Shown here: positions 1-7,520 of the stretch, piece after piece
Position numbering within the stretch: position 1 is the stretch's first letter
Layout: each line of letters opens with the position of its first letter
NCBI GenBank assembly: GCA_041742375.1
Contig: JBGSIU010000039.1
Coordinates: forward strand, 1-53,155
Direction: 5' to 3'
From: Patescibacteria group bacterium
Lineage (GTDB): Bacteria; Patescibacteriota; Microgenomatia; JBGSIU01
DNA: 53,155 nucleotides
Notes under the pieces: model-generated
The model's input: only the letters and a program-made list of their open reading frames with translations
Told to the model about the DNA's origin: nothing
Database searches by the model: none
Program-made: the position numbers and the translations under genes

Positions 1-1
1 A

Positions 2-31
2 AAAATATTTTTTTCTTTCTTAAAGATCTAG
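2..31 (+). CDS. Possible 3' end of preprotein translocase SecE (partial)
   Basis: Hydrophobic tail KIFFSFLKI* ending 8 nt before nusG; secE-nusG synteny is conserved; only 9 residues visible. Confidence 0.3.
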   Translation, partial: KIFFSFLKI

Positions 32-39
32 TTATTCTT

Positions 40-609
40 ATGGAAGAAGTGACAACTGCTACAACAACTCAAAATGACAACCAATTAAAAGCCAAGTGGT
101 ATATCGTGCACACCTACTCAGGCCACGAAAACAAGGTTAAATCGGCAATAGAACAAAGAATAGGCAATCTTAATTTAAAAGATTATATTTTTGACATTCT
201 TGTTCCGATCAGGAATAAAATCGCTATCAAAAGAGGAAAAAAGGAATCAATTACAGAGAAAATTTTCCCGGGTTATATCCTCGTGAAGATGATTCTGACT
301 GACGATTCATGGCTTGCCGTCCGAACCACGCCTGGCGTAACGGCATTTGTTGGAGTCGGTAATAAACCAACTGAAATATCCGAAGATGAAGTTAAAACAA
401 TTCAAAAATTCACCGAAGAAGCCGCCCCCCAATTTAAATCAAATTTCACCGCTGGAGAAGCAGTCAAAATTATAGACGGCCCATTTGCTGAATTTTTAGG
501 ATCAATCGAATCAATCGATGAGGAACGCGGCAAAGTTAAAGTTTTGGTTTCAATTTTTGGGCGAGAAACACCAGTGGAACTGGACTTTTTACAAATTGCG
601 AAATTATAA
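40..609 (+). CDS. nusG: Transcription termination/antitermination factor NusG
   Basis: WYIVHTYSGHE, FPGYILV, TPGVTAFVG, KOW motif GPFAEFLG, IFGRETPVEL. Confidence 0.98.
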   Translation: MEEVTTATTTQNDNQLKAKWYIVHTYSGHENKVKSAIEQRIGNLNLKDYIFDILVPIRNKIAIKRGKKESITEKIFPGYILVKMILTDDSWLAVRTTPGVTAFVGVGNKPTEISEDEVKTIQKFTEEAAPQFKSNFTAGEAVKIIDGPFAEFLGSIESIDEERGKVKVLVSIFGRETPVELDFLQIAKL

Positions 610-643
610 AAATTTATTATCTTTATAAGGTTTATAAAAACAT

Positions 644-1069
644 ATGGCTGTAAAAAAAGTTAAAACAATCATTAAATTAAATATTAAGGCGGGAGAGGCA
701 ACCCCGGCGCCTCCTATTGGTCCTGCGCTTGGCCAACATGGCGTACCGATCATGGAGTTTGTCAAGGAATATAATGCGCGGACAATGAAGCAAAAAGGGA
801 GCGTTATCCCGGTTTTAATCACTGTATATACCGATCGCACTTTCACCTTCATTACTAAACTTCCACCTGTTTCTGATTTAATCAAGAAAAAAATTAATTT
901 GGCCAAGGGCACAGGTAAGACCGGCAAGGAAACTGTTGGCCAGATAAATCACCAACAAATCGAAGAGATTGCTAAAGAAAAACTTCCTGATTTAAACACT
1001 GAAACGCTCTCGTCGGCAATTAGATCAGTCGAAGGAACCGCCCGCAGTATGGGCGTTAAAATTATATAA
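644..1069 (+). CDS. rplK: 50S ribosomal protein L11
   Basis: AGEATPAPPIGPALGQHG, GTARSMG; synteny. Confidence 0.98.
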   Translation: MAVKKVKTIIKLNIKAGEATPAPPIGPALGQHGVPIMEFVKEYNARTMKQKGSVIPVLITVYTDRTFTFITKLPPVSDLIKKKINLAKGTGKTGKETVGQINHQQIEEIAKEKLPDLNTETLSSAIRSVEGTARSMGVKII

Positions 1070-1072
1070 ATT

Positions 1073-1786
1073 ATGGCAAAAACAAAAAAACTTACTTCCG
1101 AAAAAAAGCAAGAAATTGAGCGCATCGAGTCGCTGGAATCAAAAGAAATTCCAGTTGCTGAAAAAAAAGTAAAGGCAAAAAAAACAAAAATTGTGAAAGC
1201 AGCAAGTAAAAAAAAGACCGTTCCTTCAGCGTTTGATAAAACGAAAAACTACTCTATTAAGGACGCGCTTGAAATATTAATAAAAAACAGTTCAACAAAA
1301 TTTCTAAGCTCAGTCGAACTTCATATTAACACGCTTGAGAAAGGAATTAAAGAAAATGTTTCTCTTCCATTTGGAACCGGCAAACAAATAAAAGTGGCTG
1401 TTGCAGACAATGATATTCTTAAAAAAATTGACGAAGGGATTATTGATTTTGACATACTTATTGCCGAACCATCATCGATGCCTCGCCTGGCAAAATATGC
1501 CCGAATTCTTGGCCCAAAAGGCTTAATGCCAAATCCAAAAAATGGCACGGTAACCACGGATATCAAACGGGCCATAGAACAATTTTCAAAAGGCAAAGTT
1601 CAGGTGAAAACTGAGGCTGATTTTCCAATCATTCACCAGTTAGTTGGCAAAATTAACATGAAGATTGAAGAACTTGAAGAAAATATTAAGGCCGTGATTT
1701 ATGCTGTCAAAAAGAGCCGAATCAGATCAATTTTTATTAAAACAACCATGAGCCCAAGTTTAAAACTTGATCTTGCCAAAACCTAA
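1073..1786 (+). CDS. rplA: 50S ribosomal protein L1 (N-terminal charged extension, internal deletions)
   Basis: LPFGTGK, ILGPKGLMPNPKNGTVT, TTMSP; follows rplK. Confidence 0.96.
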   Translation: MAKTKKLTSEKKQEIERIESLESKEIPVAEKKVKAKKTKIVKAASKKKTVPSAFDKTKNYSIKDALEILIKNSSTKFLSSVELHINTLEKGIKENVSLPFGTGKQIKVAVADNDILKKIDEGIIDFDILIAEPSSMPRLAKYARILGPKGLMPNPKNGTVTTDIKRAIEQFSKGKVQVKTEADFPIIHQLVGKINMKIEELEENIKAVIYAVKKSRIRSIFIKTTMSPSLKLDLAKT

Positions 1787-1818
1787 ATCTCGCCGTATAA
1801 TATAACGCGTTAGGAATT

Positions 1819-1860
1819 ATCTGAAGAAGCAGGCAAAACAGGATAAGCCCTGCGGAAGAT
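1819..1860 (+). promoter_or_regulatory. Minimal L10 leader-like autoregulatory RNA
   Basis: ATCT(1819-22)/AGAT(1857-60) and GCAGG(1829-33)/CCTGC(1849-53) stems separated by GAAGAA/GGA internal loop, immediately before rplJ ATG. Confidence 0.65.
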
Positions 1861-1864
1861 ATAT

Positions 1865-2392
1865 ATGCCAAATCAAAAAAAAATTTCCACACTGGCCGAA
1901 ATTCAGGAAAAAATTGCTTCTGCAAAAACCCTTGTTTTAACGAATTATCAAGGCCTCAAAGTTTCACAAATTCAAGAATTAAAGAAAAGCGTTAAAGCTG
2001 AAGGGGGCGAATTCACCGTCATGAAAAATACCCTTCTCAATATTGCGCTTAAAAACCTAGGATATAATTTGCCAAAGGATTTAAATATTATCGATCCGAC
2101 TGCGGTTCTTTTATCTTTTAAAGATGAAGTCTCACCTCTTAAAAAACTTACGGAGTTTGCAAAAACTTTAAATCTTCCCACGATAAAATTTGGTTTTCTT
2201 GATAAAGGATATTTGTCAGAAAGTCAGGTTCAAGAACTTTCTCAAATTCCTCCCCGCGAAATTCTATATGCTAAATTGGTATCAAGCGCAAGCGGTCCAA
2301 TTTACGGATTAGTTTATACCTTAAAAGGAAATTTAAACAAAATAGTCACCATTATTGATAAATATAAAAATAAAAAATCTGCTAATTCTTAA
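1865..2392 (+). CDS. rplJ: 50S ribosomal protein L10
   Basis: YQGLKV, VMKNTLL, LSQIPPREILYAKL; synteny. Confidence 0.95.
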   Translation: MPNQKKISTLAEIQEKIASAKTLVLTNYQGLKVSQIQELKKSVKAEGGEFTVMKNTLLNIALKNLGYNLPKDLNIIDPTAVLLSFKDEVSPLKKLTEFAKTLNLPTIKFGFLDKGYLSESQVQELSQIPPREILYAKLVSSASGPIYGLVYTLKGNLNKIVTIIDKYKNKKSANS

Positions 2393-2422
2393 TTTTATTT
2401 ACTTGTGGAGGAGGTGAATATT

Positions 2423-2803
2423 ATGTCAGATAAAATCACAAAACTCATTGATGAAGTATCACAACTATCAGTTATTGAACTTTCTGAACTTGTTCGCGCA
2501 ATGGAGGAAAAATTTGGAGTATCTAGTGCTCCGGTTGCGGTTGCCGCCGCGTCAGCACAATCTCAAAACGAATCAAAAACTGAAGAGAAAACTGCATTTG
2601 ATGTTGTCCTTAAATCCGCCGGAGCAAATAAAATTGCCGTAATTAAAGTTGTCCGAGAACTTGTACCAACTCTTGGATTAAAAGAAGCGAAAGATTTGGC
2701 TGAGGCAGGAAATAAGGAAGTATTAAGCGCTGTTAACAAGGAAAAGGCTGAAGAGGCAAAAAAGAAATTGCAAGAAGCTGGAGCAACTGTTGAATTAAAA
2801 TAA
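2423..2803 (+). CDS. rplL: 50S ribosomal protein L7/L12
   Basis: [33 protein letters not shown]; start moved to ATG 2423 behind SD GGAGGAGGTG (2407-2416). Confidence 0.97.
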   Translation: MSDKITKLIDEVSQLSVIELSELVRAMEEKFGVSSAPVAVAAASAQSQNESKTEEKTAFDVVLKSAGANKIAVIKVVRELVPTLGLKEAKDLAEAGNKEVLSAVNKEKAEEAKKKLQEAGATVELK

Positions 2804-2817
2804 TTAATAATTTTTGT

Positions 2818-2854
2818 AAAGAGCTCAGCAAAAATTAAGGCTGAGCTCTTTTTT
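2818..2854 (+). terminator. Rho-independent terminator after rplL
   Basis: AAAGAGCTCAGC / GCTGAGCTCTTT 12-bp stem followed by T run. Confidence 0.85.
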
Positions 2855-2921
2855 GTTGTTTTGATGGTATTCTGAGGTGATTTGATAACCTAGATAGTGT
2901 AATAATGCTCTTTGTTATCTA

Positions 2922-2951
2922 TTGACAGATTAGTAATAACTATGGTACTAA
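2922..2951 (+). promoter_or_regulatory. Candidate sigma70 promoter for HTH gene
   Basis: Perfect TTGACA at 2922, 18 nt spacer, TGn-TACTAA (imperfect -10). Confidence 0.35.
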
Positions 2952-2981
2952 ATATATAGTATTAAAAATATCAAACTGTCC

Positions 2982-3038
2982 AATTTGAATTTTGATCATT
3001 CATAAATTTTTTAAATTTCGAATTTCAAATTTCAAATT
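2982..3038. repeat. Degenerate inverted 7-mer array (AATTTCA-type)
   Basis: aatttgaattttgat ... aaatttcg aatttca aatttca aatt directly before HTH gene. Confidence 0.5.
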
Positions 3039-3043
3039 ATGTT

Positions 3044-3250
3044 ATGGCACTTGGTGACGAATGGCCAGAATTATTAACCGTTTCAGAAGTCGCAAAAATA
3101 TTGCGAGTTTCTCCTCTGACAATTAAACGCTGGGGGAAGCGGGGGAAACTCCCGGCGATTAGAATTAATTCCCGCGGCGATCGTAGATACAAAAAAGAGG
3201 CTGTTCTTTGGCTTTTAGGAGTTCAACAAACAAAAAGCCCTACAGAATAA
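3044..3250 (+). CDS. Excisionase/MerR-like helix-turn-helix DNA-binding protein
   Basis: LLTVSEVAKILRVSPLTIKRWGKRGKLPAIRINSRGDRRY. Confidence 0.85.
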   Translation: MALGDEWPELLTVSEVAKILRVSPLTIKRWGKRGKLPAIRINSRGDRRYKKEAVLWLLGVQQTKSPTE

Positions 3251-4088
3251 GAGATTTAATCTCTTCTGAAGCATCGCTGGGATCAACAATATTCAAGGAA
3301 ATTCCTGTCCCTAGTTCAAACCCAGCACGAATCATCAACCGAGGAATAATGCGAAGATACCAATTTTCAAGCGGATAAATATATAAATTGTAGGCAAATT
3401 CAGGTACGAGTGCTCCATTTTTAGCATTTGGCTTTAAAAAAATTGTTTTTAGTTTGTTTAAGATTAGTTTTAAATTGATGGCTAGCTCTTGTATTTCAGC
3501 GTTTGTGATATCTCCGAAAAAGCAGTTTTTCCTTTCGGGAGCAATCCATACTTCATACGGCCACTGGGAAAACTCGGGGCAAAAAATTGAAAAATACACA
3601 TTTTCTAAAATCAAGTTATTTTTCGGCTCCAGTTCCAAAGTATCTAATTTTATTTGATGCGGAATAACTACAAGTTGTGAATGAGGATGGATTTGGGAAG
3701 CTCCAGTAGTTTTTCCGTGATTGGTAAATATTAAAACCTGGCCAGACTTGCGATAATAATTAAACCTGTCTTTAAAAGCGGTAAGAATTTTTATATTTTG
3801 CTCAATACCTAATTCTTCAATATCTTTTAAATGATCGGTTGAGTGGATAATGACTTCGTGGGTATCGGTGATGCTATATAAATTCGGCACAACTCTAACT
3901 TCCCAACCCTGTTCATTGTCTTTTCCATTGCCCGCTCTGTATGTTTCGGGCGGTGTCATATGCTCATTACCAACACAAAAGGGACATTTTTTTTCATCCT
4001 GTTCTTTATGTTGATCAGGCCTACCGAGCCTTTTTGGAGCGATTACTACCCAGCGTTTGGTATGAATATCGGGAACGTATCTAGCCAA
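3240..4088 (-). CDS. galT: Galactose-1-phosphate uridylyltransferase-like (GalT/HIT) protein, TTG start
   Basis: WVVIAPKRLGRP, CPFC, GASQIHPHSQ (HPH nucleophile), AGFELGTG. Confidence 0.8.
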   Translation of the reverse strand: MARYVPDIHTKRWVVIAPKRLGRPDQHKEQDEKKCPFCVGNEHMTPPETYRAGNGKDNEQGWEVRVVPNLYSITDTHEVIIHSTDHLKDIEELGIEQNIKILTAFKDRFNYYRKSGQVLIFTNHGKTTGASQIHPHSQLVVIPHQIKLDTLELEPKNNLILENVYFSIFCPEFSQWPYEVWIAPERKNCFFGDITNAEIQELAINLKLILNKLKTIFLKPNAKNGALVPEFAYNLYIYPLENWYLRIIPRLMIRAGFELGTGISLNIVDPSDASEEIKSLIL

Positions 4089-4095
4089 ATAATAA

Positions 4096-4205
4096 AATAC
4101 TATCCAATACTAACTAATACTAACCAATGCCATCCAATACTAACAAAATGTTGTTAGTTAGTATTTGATAGTATTAGTTAGTATTTGATAGTATTAGTTA
4201 GTATT
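4096..4205. repeat. Inverted 10-mer tandem array (AATACTAwCy)n ... (rGwTAGTATT)n
   Basis: About five units 4096-4146 facing five complementary units 4151-4205; single arm again at 9845-9885. Confidence 0.9.
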
Positions 4206-4733
4206 TATTTCATCTCCAATTTTAATATTGTTTTTACGTATAAACCCCGCGTTGACTTCAAGTATTCGATCGACTGGTTCGCGCGACGAATAGATTCTTT
4301 GTTCATCAAGATGCGAAACATTTTCTGTGATATCAACTATCTTCTTATTATTAATCCAAAGAAAGTCAATGTCAAATCTCATGCCTTTCATCCAAAATGT
4401 GTAATAATCTGGATTGTCATAGACAAAAAGCATACCTTGATCGTCATTTAGAACGTCACGACCACCTAAACCCTTTGCTTTATCTTTATTTGTCTCGACT
4501 ATTTCAACATCTATTTTTATTTTATTATTGATAGTTAAAAAATGGACATCATTTACTTGTGGTGAATATAAATTACGCAGAAGAACAATAAAAAAAGCAA
4601 ATAATAAGGAAGAAAATGATACACAAATTAGCATTTTAAAGCGCCAGCGCCTACGAAGAATTACCCATTTTGGAGTTTTTGGATTTAAATACCATTTAAT
4701 GATGCTATTAAATGCTTTCTTCATTTTCCTCAT
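4194..4733 (-). CDS. DUF192-family protein with N-terminal membrane anchor
   Basis: KAKGLGGR, GMLFVY, FWMKGMRFDIDFLWI, ILEVNAG; start likely ATG 4733 or 4724 rather than 4811. Confidence 0.85.
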   Translation of the reverse strand: MRKMKKAFNSIIKWYLNPKTPKWVILRRRWRFKMLICVSFSSLLFAFFIVLLRNLYSPQVNDVHFLTINNKIKIDVEIVETNKDKAKGLGGRDVLNDDQGMLFVYDNPDYYTFWMKGMRFDIDFLWINNKKIVDITENVSHLDEQRIYSSREPVDRILEVNAGFIRKNNIKIGDEINTN

Positions 4734-4938
4734 CCGGAAGGTCGAAAAGAATACAAGCCAGGATCCAAGAAGCAAATATCGGCATGATAAACGTGAATCT
4801 GTCAATTTCATTTTTCACAAAAATAAATACAAGCGCGATTAAAACCAAAGCGACTAGACCGGTGTTGATCATGAATTTATATTCTTTATATATCCCCTTC
4901 CATGTGAGTTTTTTAAAATTAGGAAGTTTAATTTTCAT
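4708..4938 (-). CDS. Small two-TM hypothetical membrane protein
   Basis: Two hydrophobic segments, acidic tail, overlaps DUF192 start; ATG 4938. Confidence 0.55.
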   Translation of the reverse strand: MKIKLPNFKKLTWKGIYKEYKFMINTGLVALVLIALVFIFVKNEIDRFTFIMPIFASWILACILFDLPDEENEESI

Positions 4939-4948
4939 ATAAATATAA

Positions 4949-5024
4949 CCATTGTTCCATTGCTTCATTGTTCAATTGCTGAAAAAAAGGTTACCAGCAA
5001 TTGAGTAATCGAACAATTGAACAA
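4949..5024. repeat. Inverted 8-mer tandem array (yCATTGyT)n ... (ArCAATtG)n
   Basis: ccattgtt ccattgct tcattgtt caattgct, 15-nt spacer, agcaattg agtaatcg aacaattg aacaa. Confidence 0.85.
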
Positions 5025-5052
5025 CCTATTTGTAAGTTTATTATATCCGCAC

Positions 5053-5089
5053 AAAAAAAACAAGACCTTTGGAAACCGCAGGTCTTGTT
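5053..5089 (-). terminator. Rho-independent terminator of the 66-aa gene
   Basis: Minus strand AACAAGACCT...AGGTCTTGTT then T run. Confidence 0.8.
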
Positions 5090-5110
5090 ATATCTACTAT
5101 TTTTTCGAAT

Positions 5111-5311
5111 TTATTTCTCAACTGGAACATTTAACTTGTCATAAGCATCCTTGGAAACGAATTTTGTTAAATTTGTTCCGTTGACGTTTGCACGGACAGC
5201 ATATCTTGTTTGAACTGTACCGTTAACTGTTTTTCTGGTGTAGGTTTTTTTCTTAAGTTGTGTTTCAGCAACTTCAACTTTTTTTCTGGCTTTTACATCA
5301 TAAAATTGCAT
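5111..5311 (-). CDS. 66-aa basic protein, possible CC1/Cren7-like nucleoid protein
   Basis: Perfect SD AAGGAGGTGA (5317-5326), own terminator; MQFYDVKARKKVEV...RYAVRA...LTKFVSK; CDS confident, function inferred. Confidence 0.8.
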   Translation of the reverse strand: MQFYDVKARKKVEVAETQLKKKTYTRKTVNGTVQTRYAVRANVNGTNLTKFVSKDAYDKLNVPVEK

Positions 5312-5329
5312 ATTTTTCACCTCCTTCCA

Positions 5330-5444
5330 GAAAAATCTTAATGAGCTATTAAGCGAATTTAGATTTTTCGGAATCCGCCAAAGAATTACGCAAAGCCGCA
5401 GCAAGAATTTGCTAAGGCGCGTGCATAATTCGGGCGGATATTCC
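5330..5444 (-). ncRNA. Structured 5' leader / candidate cis-regulatory RNA
   Basis: Long interrupted hairpin 5370-5444 plus hairpin 5330-5369; a U-G pair on minus strand is a C-A mismatch on plus. Confidence 0.55.
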
Positions 5445-5473
5445 TTTTAAAATTTTTAGCCTTAATTACACTC

Positions 5474-5502
5474 AAAATAACATTATTCTAGCGTGTTTGC
5501 AA
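5474..5502 (-). promoter_or_regulatory. Candidate sigma70 promoter for leader plus 66-aa gene
   Basis: TTGCAA-17 nt-TATTTT with TGn extension. Confidence 0.45.
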
Positions 5503-5553
5503 GAGGTAAAAAAATATAGGCTGAAATATTTACACTCAAAATATGTATTCTAT

Positions 5554-7107
5554 TTATTCAACTTTGCGGTATTGAAGCGCTTCGTATACATTATTTTTTT
5601 GAATCTTTTCATTATTTTTTAAATCGGCAATCGTTCGTGCTAGTTTTAAAATTCTAAAATAACTACGGGCGGAAAGAGACATTTTAACGACTGCTTGTTT
5701 TAGCATCTCTTGAGTTTCCTCATCAAGCTGACAATATTTTTTTATTTCGGCTGACCTCATTTCTGAATTGCTAATTAAACCCGTTCCCCTAAACCTGACA
5801 GCTTGAATATCGCGTGCTTTTTGAACTCTTGCTTGAATAATTTCACTTTTTTCCTCTGTGCAATCCTGATCAGTTAATTTGTCATATTTTACCCGTGGCA
5901 CTTCAATATGAATATCTATTCTATCCCAAATCGGACCAGAAATATGTTTTCTATAATTAACAATTTGTGTCGGCGTGCATGAACATCTTTTTTCCGGATC
6001 GCCGTAAAAACCGCAGGCGCATGGATTTTGGCTGGTGATCAAAAGGAATTTTGCCGGAAACGTGATTGACATAGTGGCACGAGAAATTGTCACAATTCCA
6101 TCCTCAATCGGAGCACGCAGCGCTTCAATGCAGCTCTTGGGAAATTGAGGGAATTCATCCAAAAATAAAACTCCACGGTGAGCCAAACTTATTTCTCCCG
6201 GATGAGGATGGCTGCCGCCGCCAATTAAACCGATGGCAGAAATCGTGTGGTGAGGGGCACGAAATTGGCGGGTGGAGACAAGTGGCTTGTCTTTTGACAA
6301 AAGGCCGCAAATGCTAAAAATTTTGGAAACCTCAAGTGCTTCGCGCAAGGTTAAACGAGGGAGAATGGAAACAAATGCCCGCGAAAGCATGGTTTTTCCG
6401 GCGCCCGGTGTGCCGCTTAACGCAATATTGTGGCTTCCCGCCGCAGCAATTTCGAGCGCCCGCTTAGCAAATTCCTGTCCTCTTATTTCAGAAAAATCTG
6501 TCTCGAAAGTTTGGGCGCTGGCAAGCGAATCGACCGAAATATCGTCCAACGGCTTAATTTCTTCAATGTGGTTTAAGTGCAAAACTAACTCTTTTAAAGA
6601 ATTAACAGAGTATACATTAATGCGGCGGTCGGAATGGGTTTTATTATAAAGCGAGCAAATAATGTTGGCTTCATAGGCATTATCGCGAGCAACATAAATC
6701 TCGGAAATTTTTTCTTTTTTGACTAAAAATAACATTGCAAGAACTCCTGAAACATTTTTGACTTCGCCGGTTAAAGAAAGTTCGCCGATAAAAACTTTAT
6801 CCAAATAATCGCCATCTTTCAAGCTTCCGCCGGCTTTTAAAACGCCGATTGCAATTGCCAAATCAAAAGAAGTGCCATCTTTTGGCAAGTCAGAAGGCGC
6901 GAGGTTTACAACAATTTTTTCATTGGGAAATTCGCTTCCTGAATTGCGGACCGCGCTTTTCACGCGTTCCCGAGCTTCTTCAACGCTTTTATCAGCCAGT
7001 CCAACAATCGAAAAAGAGGGCAGTCCGCGGCCCGGCAGATCAACCTCAACCTCAATTAAAACACTATCGAGTCCAATTACGGTCGATGTTAACGTTTTCG
7101 CAAACAT
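5554..7107 (-). CDS. comM: YifB/ComM Mg-chelatase-like AAA+ ATPase
   Basis: VNLAPSDLPK, GTPGAGKT Walker A, FRAPHH, GEISLAHRGVLFLDEF, LSARSY. Confidence 0.95.
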   Translation of the reverse strand: MFAKTLTSTVIGLDSVLIEVEVDLPGRGLPSFSIVGLADKSVEEARERVKSAVRNSGSEFPNEKIVVNLAPSDLPKDGTSFDLAIAIGVLKAGGSLKDGDYLDKVFIGELSLTGEVKNVSGVLAMLFLVKKEKISEIYVARDNAYEANIICSLYNKTHSDRRINVYSVNSLKELVLHLNHIEEIKPLDDISVDSLASAQTFETDFSEIRGQEFAKRALEIAAAGSHNIALSGTPGAGKTMLSRAFVSILPRLTLREALEVSKIFSICGLLSKDKPLVSTRQFRAPHHTISAIGLIGGGSHPHPGEISLAHRGVLFLDEFPQFPKSCIEALRAPIEDGIVTISRATMSITFPAKFLLITSQNPCACGFYGDPEKRCSCTPTQIVNYRKHISGPIWDRIDIHIEVPRVKYDKLTDQDCTEEKSEIIQARVQKARDIQAVRFRGTGLISNSEMRSAEIKKYCQLDEETQEMLKQAVVKMSLSARSYFRILKLARTIADLKNNEKIQKNNVYEALQYRKVE

Positions 7108-7114
7108 ACTTATA

Positions 7115-7149
7115 TAAATTACGAATTACGAATTAAAAATTACGAATTA
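7115..7149. repeat. 7-mer array (AATTACG)n, left arm of four-helix-bundle element
   Basis: aaattacg aattacg aattaaa aattacg aatta; complementary to 7472-7520. Confidence 0.9.
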
Positions 7150-7470
7150 TTTATTTTTTTAGTCGTTGTTTGAATTTTACCCAGTATCCTAATTATTTCT
7201 TCAATATCTGAAATTTGAGTCACGTAGCAATCTTATCCAGTAACGAGCTTCTCTTGCTTCTTTATAGGCAATTGCAATTTTGACTAAAAAATCATTTCTT
7301 GAACAACCACCAATAGCTTCCTCCACGTTTGCACCAATCGATGTTCCGCAACGCAATATTTGCTTTGATAACACAAATTCTTTTTTATCTTTAGATAAAT
7401 AGATATACAGCTTGATGATTCTAATTGAAAAATCATATGTCTTTGTCTGAATAATATTATCAGTTTTCAT
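7140..7470 (-). pseudogene. Four-helix-bundle protein (23S rRNA IVP / Avd-like family), frameshifted
   Basis: KTYDFSIRII, LSKQILRCGTSIGANVEEA, IAYKEAREARYW; last helix SDIEEIIRILGKIQTTTK lies in another frame (7211-7140) after LRDSN. Confidence 0.85.
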
Positions 7471-7471
7471 A

Positions 7472-7520
7472 TTGCTTTTTTGGTTTTTTATTCGTAATTC
7501 GTAATTTTTAATTTTTAATT
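7472..7520. repeat. 7-mer array, right arm of four-helix-bundle element
   Basis: ttcgtaa ttcgtaa tttttaa tttttaa tt; overlaps tsaD stop. Confidence 0.9.

Noticed and set aside
3044-3250. Prophage or ICE excisionase
   Set aside because: No integrase, att site or phage genes nearby; more likely a stand-alone regulator.
4096-4205. CRISPR array interpretation of the periodic repeats
   Set aside because: Units are 7-10 nt, adjacent, without unique spacers; no cas genes in the window.
5330-5444. SRP RNA, 6S RNA or tRNA
   Set aside because: No SRP GNRA domain-IV motif, no single rod with central bubble, no cloverleaf or T-loop.
7140-7470. Diversity-generating retroelement because of the Avd-like gene
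   Set aside because: No reverse transcriptase and no TR/VR pair with adenine-specific mismatches seen in the window.
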